Shown here in pieces: positions 49,139-57,845 of a stretch of 64,000 bases of DNA. A model generated the notes under the pieces. The model searched no databases and had not been told where the DNA came from. It saw only the letters and a list, made by a program, of their open reading frames with translations. Both the position numbers and the translations under genes were made by a program. Position 1 is the stretch's first letter. Every line of letters begins with the position of its first letter. The DNA is from Candidatus Latescibacterota bacterium (lineage in GTDB: Bacteria; Latescibacterota; UBA2968; UBA8231): NCBI GenBank assembly GCA_965203355.1, contig OZ241889.1, forward strand, positions 2,624,001 through 2,688,000. The letters run 5' to 3'.

Positions 49139-51336
49139 GGTTTGAGCCGCGGGCGGGACAGCGCGAGATCTTGGCGTACCAAGGCGGTCTGCTGGGCGTG
49201 TCGGCCGTGCCCGGCAGCGGCAAAACCGCGGCCATTGTCGCCTTGGCGACTCGATTGATCGCCGAAAGGCGCCCCGAGGCGGGGCAGGTGCTGATCGTGA
49301 CGTATCAAAACGCGGCGGTGGATAATGTCCGCGCCCGGATCCGCCAGCACTTGCAAGCAATGGACGTGCTCCCGGTCGGCTATGACGTGCGGACCTTGCA
49401 CAGCTTGGCCTACGGCATCGTCCAAGCCAACCCCGGGCTGGTGGGGGCTGTGGCCGAATTTACGGTCCTCGACGAACGCGCCAGCGAGAGCTTGCTCGAC
49501 AAGGCGGTCCGCACCTGGAACGACAGCAACAAGGGGGTGTGGGGCCGGTTGGGGCCTGGGGAGTACGTGGATCAGCGGTGGGAGCAAGAGTGGCGCGACA
49601 TGGCGCGGAAAGTCGCCCGCACGGTCATCGCCACGGCCAAGAACCGCCGCTTGCGGGCCGAGGACCTCTTGGCGCGGATTGGCGGCCAAGAGGACAGAAA
49701 CCAGTTTTTGCGGATCGGCGCAGAAATCTATCGGCTCTACCAGCAGCAAGTCGAGACCATCGGTGGCCTCGACTTCGACGACTTGGTGTGGATGGCCGTC
49801 GAGATGCTACAGCAGTACCCGGATTTGTGCAGCCGCTACCGGCGGCGTTGGCCCTTCGTCTTGGAGGATGAAGCGCAAGATAGCGTCCCCTTGCAGGAGG
49901 AACTGATCGCGCTGTTGGCGGGTCCGAGCGGCAATTGGGTCCGGGTCGGCGACCCTAATCAGGCGATTATGAGTACCTTCACCGCGGCGGATCCGCGCTA
50001 TTTGCGCGATTTCTTGGATCGCGCAGACGTCGCAGTCGCCGAGATGACGATCTCGGGCCGCTGTGCGCCCAAGATCATGGACTTGGCCAACTTTTTGGTC
50101 GAGTGGGCCGCGGTCGAACACCCGCTGACCGAGGTGCGGCAGCGCGCTTTCCGACCCCAGCAAATGCAGCCCACCGCCCCCGGCGATTCCCAGCAAAATC
50201 CCGCGGACGCAGACAGCGCCATACGATTCCGCGAATACAACAACCGCCACGATGAATTCGACAGCATCGCCCGCCGGGCCAAGGGCTTTGCCGAGCGCCA
50301 TCCGAACTTGACGATAGCAGTGCTAGTACCGACTAACCGCGTTGGCTACGACCTGGCCGAGCGTTTGCGTCAAGCCGGCGTGGATTTTGACGAGGCCCTG
50401 CAAAGCCCGCGCTCGGCGCGGCGGGTGAGCGAGGCGCTGTGTACGGTGTTGGATTTTCTCGCTGATCCCTTGGGGCGCAACCAGTTAGAGCGGTCCTATC
50501 GCGCTTTGGTCGGCTTTTGGCCCGGGCCGAGTGGACCGGGTAACGAGGAGGCCGTGGCCATGCTATTGCGCAGTTGCTATCGGCCCGAAGCCCTGCTCTA
50601 TCCAGCGGCCGGTCAGCGCCTAGAAGCGGCCCTGCCCCCGGTGGACCCCATTGAACCGCAGGATTTGGAAGCCATTGACCTCCTGTGTGGTTATCTACGG
50701 CGCTGGCTGCGGGCCGTTGCGCTGCCGGTGGATCAGCTTTTGCTAACGGTCGCCCAAGATTTGCTAGTAGAGGAAGTAGATAGGGCGCGGGCGCAGCAAC
50801 TGGCGGTCTATGTGCGCATCCGCGCCGACCAAAACACAGACTGGCAGTTGCCCGAGTTGGTGCGCGAGCTGAGCGAGGCCGTGCAGGGCCGGGCCGGCGC
50901 ACTCGCCGAGGCCGAGGCCGCCTTGGGACCGCAGCCTGGGCGGATTTTTCTGACGACCATGCACAAGGCCAAAGGTATGGAATGGGATCTAGTCTATGTC
51001 ATGGGAGTTGATGGCGATTGGTTTCCTCACGACCTCGACGCGCGGTTTTTAGGCGAGTGCGAATTTCTCGGCGGCGATCCCAGCGAGGATGCCAAGGCCG
51101 AGCTGTTGGACTTACTCGGCGAAATCGGGTCGAGCCGGCTGTCGGCCACCGACCGCTCGCACGCCGAGGTGATCGCCGAGCGGCTGCGGCTGCTCTACGT
51201 GGCGATCACCCGGGCGCGGCGCTATTTGGTCTTGAGCTGGAGTCGCCAGATTCCGCGCACAACGCGGATGCAGCCCGCGCCCATGGCCGAGGTGTTCCGC
51301 CAGTTGCAACGCTATTGCGAGCAGCAGAGCCGATGA
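49135..51336 (+). CDS. UvrD/PcrA-family ATP-dependent DNA helicase
   Basis: AVPGSGKT, TLHSLA, LDFDDL, EDEAQD, VGDPNQAI, TMHKAKGMEWD, ERLRLLYVAITRAR. Confidence 0.93.
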   Translation: MRFEPRAGQREILAYQGGLLGVSAVPGSGKTAAIVALATRLIAERRPEAGQVLIVTYQNAAVDNVRARIRQHLQAMDVLPVGYDVRTLHSLAYGIVQANPGLVGAVAEFTVLDERASESLLDKAVRTWNDSNKGVWGRLGPGEYVDQRWEQEWRDMARKVARTVIATAKNRRLRAEDLLARIGGQEDRNQFLRIGAEIYRLYQQQVETIGGLDFDDLVWMAVEMLQQYPDLCSRYRRRWPFVLEDEAQDSVPLQEELIALLAGPSGNWVRVGDPNQAIMSTFTAADPRYLRDFLDRADVAVAEMTISGRCAPKIMDLANFLVEWAAVEHPLTEVRQRAFRPQQMQPTAPGDSQQNPADADSAIRFREYNNRHDEFDSIARRAKGFAERHPNLTIAVLVPTNRVGYDLAERLRQAGVDFDEALQSPRSARRVSEALCTVLDFLADPLGRNQLERSYRALVGFWPGPSGPGNEEAVAMLLRSCYRPEALLYPAAGQRLEAALPPVDPIEPQDLEAIDLLCGYLRRWLRAVALPVDQLLLTVAQDLLVEEVDRARAQQLAVYVRIRADQNTDWQLPELVRELSEAVQGRAGALAEAEAALGPQPGRIFLTTMHKAKGMEWDLVYVMGVDGDWFPHDLDARFLGECEFLGGDPSEDAKAELLDLLGEIGSSRLSATDRSHAEVIAERLRLLYVAITRARRYLVLSWSRQIPRTTRMQPAPMAEVFRQLQRYCEQQSR

Positions 51337-52136
51337 TTCCGCCGGGATTCAAGTACAGCCAAAGCAGTCTGACGGCCTTTGACCGCTGTCGGCGACAGTT
51401 CCTGTTGCGCTATGTGGAGCGGTTGGCGTGGCCCGCGCCGCTGACCGACCGGCTCGACGAGTGGGAAGCTGCCGCCGACCGGGGGCGGGCGTTCCACCAG
51501 TTGGTGTTGCAGGAGAGCTTGGGCCTGGATGTGGAAGACGCCGTGCAGCGGAGCCGCGATCCGCTGTTGGCCGCTTGGTGGCGCAACTGGTGCGAGCAGC
51601 CGCCGGTGGTGCCCGCCGGGGCGGTATTCGGGGAAACCATGCTCTCCGTGCCGCTGGCGGGTCGGAGGCTCGTCGCCCGGTTCGACCGCGTGGTCCTAGC
51701 CGACGATGGCCGCGCTTGGATCTTCGACTGGAAGACCGGCCGTAAAAAGCCCGAACAAGCCGCCTATGCCCAAAGTTGGCAAACGCTGGTCTATCGCTTT
51801 GTCTTGGTCGAGGCCGGCGCCGTCTTCAACGAGGGCCGGGCGCTCGCACCCGACGCTGTGACGTTGGTCTATTGGCATGCTCAGTATCCGCAGGCCCTGC
51901 AGCCGATTGCCTATTCAGCCGCCGAGCACGAGCAGGCGCGGGCCCTTTTGTCAGAGGTGATTGCCGCCATTGAGGCCCTGCCCGACGCCGAGGCGTACGC
52001 CAAGACCGACGACGAGAGCGAATGTCAGCGCTGCCAATTTCACACCTATTGCGACCGACCGGCAACGCGGAGCGACGACTGGGACATCGACGAGGACGAA
52101 CTGGACTGGGAGCAGATTCCCCAAGCAGAGCTTTGA
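51333..52136 (+). CDS. Stand-alone PD-(D/E)XK nuclease, AddB/RecB/Cas4-type, with 4 Cys
   Basis: SQSSL..FDRC, G..FH, RFDR, DWKTG, Q...Y, CQRCQFHTYC. Confidence 0.9.
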   Translation: MIPPGFKYSQSSLTAFDRCRRQFLLRYVERLAWPAPLTDRLDEWEAAADRGRAFHQLVLQESLGLDVEDAVQRSRDPLLAAWWRNWCEQPPVVPAGAVFGETMLSVPLAGRRLVARFDRVVLADDGRAWIFDWKTGRKKPEQAAYAQSWQTLVYRFVLVEAGAVFNEGRALAPDAVTLVYWHAQYPQALQPIAYSAAEHEQARALLSEVIAAIEALPDAEAYAKTDDESECQRCQFHTYCDRPATRSDDWDIDEDELDWEQIPQAEL

Positions 52137-52142
52137 CGCGGG

Positions 52143-53624
52143 TCAGCCTTTGAGTGCGCCGAGCTGGATGCCGCGCACGAAGAATCGCTGGCCGAAGACA
52201 AAGAGCACGATCATCGGCAGCATCATCAGCACGCTCCCGGTCATCAATAGCGAGTAGTTGGTTCCCTGCGAGGAATCGAAATAGCGCAGGGCCACCGGCA
52301 GGACCCGCATGTGCTCGGAGTGGGTGACGATCAGCGGCCAGGTAAAGGACTGCCAAGTGCCCATAAAGGAGAAGATCGACAGGGTAATCAACGCCGGTTT
52401 GGACAGGGGCATGACGATGCTCCAGAAAGTCTTCCAGAGGTTGGCGCCGTCGATTTCAGCGGCCTCCTCAAGCCCCCTAGGCAGCCCCGTCATAAACTGG
52501 CGCATCATAAAGGTGCCAAAAGCAGTGAACATGGCCGGGATGATGAGTGCTTGGAACGAGTCGAGCCAGCCGAGGCTTTTTAGCAACACGTAATTGGGCA
52601 GCAAGGTGACGATTCCGGGCACCATCAAGGTCGCCAAATAGAGCAGGAAGACGGCGTCGCGGTAGCGCCATTCGAGGCGGGCAAAGGCAAAGCCAGCCAT
52701 GGCCGAGGTCACCACTTGGCCTATCATCACGCAGACGGCGACAAAAAGGCTGTTCCATCCGTAGAGCGAGAACTTGATGTCCTTGTCGCGCAAGACCCGG
52801 ATATAGTTGGACCACATGAAGCGCGGCTCGCTAATTTTCAACACGTCACTGCCATAGACGATGCGCAGCTCGTCCTCCCCAGGGAAGCGGGCGTAGAGGA
52901 TGTCGCCTCCGGCTTTTTCCGTTAGCGGGTCGTCGTCGCTTCTGAGCAGGGGAAAAGCCGAGCGAAAGGGGATCGCGTGGCCGTCGGCGGCGAGAATCGG
53001 CTCTTTGGCTTGGACGTCCAAAACCGGGTCCCCGACGCGATCCCAAGAAATGTCGCGATAGGTGTAGGGCGTACCGTCGGGGCGCAATAGGGGCGTACCG
53101 TTGGCCAGTTCGACCGAGGCGGGCGGTAGCTGCTCGGCTGTGCGCCAGCTCTGGCGCTGCTGCACGAGTCGCTGCTGCCATTTGTCGCGCAGCGCTTCGG
53201 TCAACAGCAGCGGATCCCCATCGACGAGGATCGGATTCCAGCGGTTTTTGTACACGGCGATGCCGCCGCGCTCTTCGACGTTTTTGCCGGGAATAGGTTG
53301 CCCGTCCGGGTCGTAGATTAGCCGTCCTTGCTGGTCGCGGATGGGGTCGCCGGGCGCACCGAGTATCACTGGGTTGCCGAGGGTGATGCGGATTGGCTCG
53401 CCTTGAGCGTTGAGCAGCGGTTGGCCATCGCGGGTCCGCAGCAGGTCGCCTTCGTTGCCGAGGCGCACCTCCTGCGGCCAGACGTGGCTCTGGAAGACCT
53501 CGTTTTCGCTCTTGAGCGAGGTGAGCACCATCCACAGGAACGGCACGAGGGTGGTGAAGCCGAAGAGGACGAGCAGCCCGTGGCTCAGCGAGTGGAGTGC
53601 CGCCGTGCGCGCAACTTTGGCCAT
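52143..53624 (-). CDS. Carbohydrate ABC permease (MalG-like) with large repetitive insertion
   Basis: PFLWMVLTSLK, AGFAFAR, LEEAAEIDGA (EAA loop), QRFFVRGI..GALKG. Confidence 0.9.
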   Translation of the reverse strand: MAKVARTAALHSLSHGLLVLFGFTTLVPFLWMVLTSLKSENEVFQSHVWPQEVRLGNEGDLLRTRDGQPLLNAQGEPIRITLGNPVILGAPGDPIRDQQGRLIYDPDGQPIPGKNVEERGGIAVYKNRWNPILVDGDPLLLTEALRDKWQQRLVQQRQSWRTAEQLPPASVELANGTPLLRPDGTPYTYRDISWDRVGDPVLDVQAKEPILAADGHAIPFRSAFPLLRSDDDPLTEKAGGDILYARFPGEDELRIVYGSDVLKISEPRFMWSNYIRVLRDKDIKFSLYGWNSLFVAVCVMIGQVVTSAMAGFAFARLEWRYRDAVFLLYLATLMVPGIVTLLPNYVLLKSLGWLDSFQALIIPAMFTAFGTFMMRQFMTGLPRGLEEAAEIDGANLWKTFWSIVMPLSKPALITLSIFSFMGTWQSFTWPLIVTHSEHMRVLPVALRYFDSSQGTNYSLLMTGSVLMMLPMIVLFVFGQRFFVRGIQLGALKG

Positions 53625-53637
53625 GCGCCTTGCCCCC

Positions 53638-54795
53638 TCAGTTGACCGCGCCCCGACCGAAGCGCCAGTTGAACAGCGTGATGGTGAATATGATGACAAA
53701 CATAAACCAAGCCACCGCGGCCGCGTATCCGAACTCTAGGTTTTCAAAGGCCGAGCGGTAGATGTAGTAGCCGAGCGTGACCGTGTTGTCCCCGTCCTTG
53801 CCCGGGCCGCCATTGGTCATCAAGTAGGCGATTTCAAAACCGCCTTGCAGCCCGCCGATAATAGACATGACGCAGATAAAGAAGGTCGTCGGAGCGATCA
53901 TCGGCCACGTGATGTGCCAAAATTGCTGCCACTTAGAGGCTCCGTCGATGTCCGAGGCTTCGTATAGCTCCTCGGGCACATTGGCCAGCGCCGCGAGGTA
54001 GAGGATCATGTTGCCCCCGCCCATGGACGCCCAGATACCCATGAAGATGATGGCTGTCTTGGCCCAATAGGCGGCTTGATCTAGGCCGAGCCAAGAAAGC
54101 CAGCCCAGATCGACGCTGCTGGAAAGCCAGTTGGGCAAGTCGTCGATGCTGTCGAGGCCAGACAAGAGGGCCAGGCGCCCGGACAGCCAAGCCGAAGGGC
54201 CGCCGTATTCGTAGAGGCCGCTGGCGATCCAGTAGAGCGTGGCGGCGGCGAGAAGCGCGAACAGGACTCGGGGGGGCCGTTCAGACATCGCCTTGCGCGC
54301 TAGCGATTGCAGGGCCAAGCCTACCAGCACGAGAATCGACACGCGCACGGCGAGCGAGAAGTAGGGCCACGAGAGAATGGGCAGCAGGATCGAATTGACG
54401 AGGCCGTACTTGGGGTTGTAGAGCCACTTCCACAGCAGGAACAACGCCACCCCATTGGTGACGGTGGGGAGGTAGAAGACGGTGCGATAGACGATGATAC
54501 CGCGCAGCTTTTGCGAGAGGACGATGGCCAACAGCAGCGAGCCGCCGATGGACAGGGGCAAGCCTATCATGAGAAAGACCGTGTTGTATAGATAAAACCA
54601 GAGCTTGGGGTCGGTCAGTAGCCGAATGAAGTTGTCGAAGCCGATAAAGCGCGGCGCCGAGAACGTGTCCCATTGAAAGAACGCCAGCCCAAAGGAAAAG
54701 AGCACCGGCAGGGACGTGAAGATCAAAAACCCGCTCAGATTGGGCGCGAGGAAGAGCAAGGCCCAACGCAGCATTCTCTTTTCGCGCGGCTTCAA
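53638..54795 (-). CDS. Carbohydrate ABC permease (MalF-like)
   Basis: FIGFDNF, YRTVFYLP, LYEASDIDGA, TNGGP, FGYAAA. Confidence 0.92.
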   Translation of the reverse strand: MKPREKRMLRWALLFLAPNLSGFLIFTSLPVLFSFGLAFFQWDTFSAPRFIGFDNFIRLLTDPKLWFYLYNTVFLMIGLPLSIGGSLLLAIVLSQKLRGIIVYRTVFYLPTVTNGVALFLLWKWLYNPKYGLVNSILLPILSWPYFSLAVRVSILVLVGLALQSLARKAMSERPPRVLFALLAAATLYWIASGLYEYGGPSAWLSGRLALLSGLDSIDDLPNWLSSSVDLGWLSWLGLDQAAYWAKTAIIFMGIWASMGGGNMILYLAALANVPEELYEASDIDGASKWQQFWHITWPMIAPTTFFICVMSIIGGLQGGFEIAYLMTNGGPGKDGDNTVTLGYYIYRSAFENLEFGYAAAVAWFMFVIIFTITLFNWRFGRGAVN

Positions 54796-56501
54796 ACGTC
54801 CATCTCCGTGCGTTGCCGCCGCACGTAAAACGCTAGGCCGCCGCCGATGGCCACTAGGAGGACCGCGATCCCGAGGATATCGAGCGCGTGGCTGCGGCTG
54901 GAGAGCGTGCGGTTGCGCTTGGCCTTGGCCAAGGACTCGCGCATGCGGACGGACATTTCGGCGACCGCCGCTTGGCCAACCGTGGGATTGCTCACCGCGC
55001 TCTGGTCGGGCATGCGGCCGAGGAATCGGTAGGTCTGGCGGGCTGTTGAGTCGGCGGGCTGATACGCCGCGTTGATTAGATTCGTACCGAGTGCGCCCTG
55101 CAACCGGGTGATGTCAAAAGCGGCTCCGTAGGCTGCGGCCTGCTCTGCAACCGGGTGCTCCATGGCGTCAAGCAGGGCCGAGCGGTGTTGGTTCTCATCG
55201 GGGAATTCGGGGTCGGGTTGAGAGAAATAGCGCACTGAGAATTGCTTGCGACTGCCGAAGGCGTCTGCGTCCTTGGTCAACAAGTTGTTGAAATCCGGGC
55301 TGGACAAGTATTCCAAGAAGTAAAAGGCCTCCCGCTCGTGTTGAGTGCCCTTGCGGATGGCTGTCACCCGCCCACCCATCTCGCCCGCCTTGCCGCGGTG
55401 GCGACTGGCCTCGCTGATTTCGCCCCAAGGGCCGTCGCGCAGGCTCGGGTTGGCGCGGATCTCGGGATCGCTCATCCAGCGCTCCCACTCCTCGTAGGGC
55501 ACGTAGCGGGGCATGGGGTAAATCTCGGTGACAAAGCGAGCCTCGCGGCGCACCTTGATCAGCCCCCAGCGGCCGATGAGAATGGTGCCCAGTTTGCCCG
55601 CCGAATAAAGCCCTAAGATGGATTGTCCACCCCAACCGCCCCCACCTGTTTGCGCGGATTGATCTTCGGCCGAGGGCACGACGTGAAAGGTGTTGACCAG
55701 ATCGTACAGATACTGGGCGGCGGTGGCACCGGCTGGAGAATCGAGGGCGATTTCGGTGCCGTTGTCGTTGAGGAAGCTGCCACCAGCTTGGTAGATGAAA
55801 TTGTTCAGCCCGCCGCCAAAGCCTGCTCCGCCCGAGCCAAAGGTCTCATAGCGCCGGCCATCGACGCTCTTTTTGGTGAGGGCTTGGCACAAGCGGACGT
55901 AGTCCCACCAAGTCCAGTGGTTCCACGGCAAGGGCGGCATGGCCAAGTTCCGCGCCTGTCGCTCGCGCTGAACGGCGTCGTAGAGCGAGCGATTGAGAAA
56001 AGTAACGCTGACGGTGACGTTGTTGGGGACGGCAAAGATGCGAAAGCGCTCGTATTCGTCGGCTTCGGCTGGCGCGCTGGCTACGGGCACGGCGAGGGCG
56101 TTGCGCCGATGCAGCCAAAAGTCGTCGAGGCTCAGCTTGGCCTCGCGCATGTAGTCGTTTATTTCGACCATGACGCCCTTAGAAGCGTAGAGCGCGAAGG
56201 TCGCATAGCTATAAATGTCGAAAACGTCCGGCCCCGAGCCCGCCGCGGCTTGGGTGAGAATCTTTTGCACGTCCGCGCTTGGGTCGAGGACGACGCGTAC
56301 TTTCTTGTCTTCGTAGAGCCGGTTGAAGAGGGCCATCTGTTCGGTGCGCGCCGGATTGGGGTCAGAGGCCCAGCGGATGACGGTGTACTCGCCGTTGGCG
56401 GACGGGTCGTCTGGATAGACCAATAAGCCCCAGCGGTTAAGGGCGTACCAACCGGCCAAGATCAGGGCGAGGACAACGACGGTTGTAGATAGATCGCGCA
56501 A
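54792..56501 (-). CDS. Sugar ABC substrate-binding protein with N- and C-terminal TM helices
   Basis: AAGSGPDV, WTWWD, Q.GG.FL, AFYFLEYL; hydrophobic ends. Confidence 0.85.
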   Translation of the reverse strand: MRDLSTTVVVLALILAGWYALNRWGLLVYPDDPSANGEYTVIRWASDPNPARTEQMALFNRLYEDKKVRVVLDPSADVQKILTQAAAGSGPDVFDIYSYATFALYASKGVMVEINDYMREAKLSLDDFWLHRRNALAVPVASAPAEADEYERFRIFAVPNNVTVSVTFLNRSLYDAVQRERQARNLAMPPLPWNHWTWWDYVRLCQALTKKSVDGRRYETFGSGGAGFGGGLNNFIYQAGGSFLNDNGTEIALDSPAGATAAQYLYDLVNTFHVVPSAEDQSAQTGGGGWGGQSILGLYSAGKLGTILIGRWGLIKVRREARFVTEIYPMPRYVPYEEWERWMSDPEIRANPSLRDGPWGEISEASRHRGKAGEMGGRVTAIRKGTQHEREAFYFLEYLSSPDFNNLLTKDADAFGSRKQFSVRYFSQPDPEFPDENQHRSALLDAMEHPVAEQAAAYGAAFDITRLQGALGTNLINAAYQPADSTARQTYRFLGRMPDQSAVSNPTVGQAAVAEMSVRMRESLAKAKRNRTLSSRSHALDILGIAVLLVAIGGGLAFYVRRQRTEMDV

Positions 56502-56537
56502 GGAAAATCCCGTTGAGAATGCGAGGCGAAAAGGCCA

Positions 56538-56565
56538 AGTGTAAAAAAAAATGCGAGATTGTCAA
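56538..56565 (-). promoter_or_regulatory. sigma70-type promoter for the ABC operon
   Basis: TTGACA-N16-TACACT on the minus strand. Confidence 0.55.
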
Positions 56566-56588
56566 TGCAGGCATAAAGTAATAACTAT

Positions 56589-56611
56589 TGATAAAAATAA
56601 TTATCGGTAAT
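56589..56611. promoter_or_regulatory. Putative operator 1 (LacI-like core ATTATCGGTAAT)
   Basis: 20/23 identical to the reverse complement of 56740-56762. Confidence 0.55.
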
Positions 56612-56623
56612 GTAAGAAATACC

Positions 56624-56652
56624 TTGACAGCCATGAGAAGGGCCGATAAATT
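56624..56652 (+). promoter_or_regulatory. sigma70-type promoter for the secreted-protein operon
   Basis: TTGACA-N17-TAAATT. Confidence 0.6.
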
Positions 56653-56739
56653 GAAAACTTCGCTTTTCCAAAATAACTTCAATGAAAGGAGGTTTTGCAC
56701 ATCTACTCTGAGGTCCTCGGCATCCCTGAAACTCCACAA

Positions 56740-56762
56740 ATTATCGATAATTATTTTTACCG
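56740..56762. promoter_or_regulatory. Putative operator 2 (perfect palindrome ATTATCGATAAT)
   Basis: Inverted copy of 56589-56611. Confidence 0.55.
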
Positions 56763-56822
56763 CCGAGTTTCGGGGGCCATTTATTCAATCCATTTCATCT
56801 AACCCATTTGGAGGTTTTTCTA

Positions 56823-57725
56823 ATGAAGAGACTTGGTCTTTTCGCCTTAGTGACCGTGATGGCTGCTTCGGCTGCTTTCGCGCATCAGGCTAACTATTTC
56901 ATGCCGCAGATTCCCAACCCCGACAACATGGTCATTGACGGCAACGACGACGACTGGGGCTGGATTGATCCGGCTTTCGCCATTAATCCCGACACCTTGT
57001 TCGAGATTCTCGGTAGTGAGTGGCCTCCGGCCAAAGACGACTGGGACTGCATTCTCTACGTGGCTTGGAGTTCGGCTCCCGACAATTCGCTGTACTACTT
57101 TGCTCGGGTTACCGATGACTCGCTGGGCCTCTTCATCGAGAACCCGCAGGAGTATTGGAAGGACGACTCGTTGGAAATCATCGTTGATGCCGACCATTCG
57201 AGCGAGAACTTCAACGAGACCGAGATGACCTCCGGCCAGCAGTACGGTATCCGCGTCCTGCCCGCCTCTGGTCAGGCGGACACTTGGATCTACAACGTGC
57301 CGCAGGAGAGCATTCTGTGGTCCACCGAGCGTCCTTGGTTCGTCTATGAGTGGACGCTCGATCCGCCGGACGCCCGTCCGCTGGAGCAGCCCGCCGGTAG
57401 CTCGGTGACCTATACTTACGAGGTCAAGCAGGCCTTGTGGACCTTCCACGACAAGACGGGTCCCGAGGGCAGTGCCCGCCACAATTTCGCCCCCGACCAG
57501 ATCATCGGTCTGACTTTCCAGTTTGACGAGACCGAGAATCCCGAGACGGGCCGCGAAAAGCAGCCGGGCACCACGCCGGTTAATGGTGCCTTCCAAGACA
57601 ACTCGAACGGTTCGGACTTCATCACAGTGGAGACCGAAGGTGCTACGGGTGGTACTGGCGACATGATGAAGGATACGGCAGTCGAGGCCGATAGCTGGGG
57701 TCGGATCAAAAGCTACATCCAATAA
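56823..57725 (+). CDS. Secreted CBM9/DOMON-like sugar-binding protein with C-terminal AVEADSWGRIK motif
   Basis: GGAGG RBS, signal peptide, IDG..DDW, LY..ARV.DD, DSLEI..DAD, YE, IGL.F. Confidence 0.75.
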   Translation: MKRLGLFALVTVMAASAAFAHQANYFMPQIPNPDNMVIDGNDDDWGWIDPAFAINPDTLFEILGSEWPPAKDDWDCILYVAWSSAPDNSLYYFARVTDDSLGLFIENPQEYWKDDSLEIIVDADHSSENFNETEMTSGQQYGIRVLPASGQADTWIYNVPQESILWSTERPWFVYEWTLDPPDARPLEQPAGSSVTYTYEVKQALWTFHDKTGPEGSARHNFAPDQIIGLTFQFDETENPETGREKQPGTTPVNGAFQDNSNGSDFITVETEGATGGTGDMMKDTAVEADSWGRIKSYIQ

Positions 57726-57763
57726 GGCGCACCCTAGCATCTTCTGCTAGATCGCACATTATG

Positions 57764-57819
57764 GGCGATAGATAATATAGAGATGGAGGCGACTTCATCT
57801 CTATTTATCTATCGCCTTT
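57764..57819 (+). terminator. Long intergenic stem-loop (attenuator or mRNA stabiliser)
   Basis: GGCGATAGATAA..ATAGAGATG / CATCTCTAT.TTATCTATCGCC followed by TTT. Confidence 0.65.
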
Positions 57820-57845
57820 GCATCGCTTTCAGGAAGGCATTCTCA

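Noticed and set aside
51333-52136. Nuclease as CRISPR Cas4
   Set aside because: No cas1/cas2 or array; coupled to helicases instead
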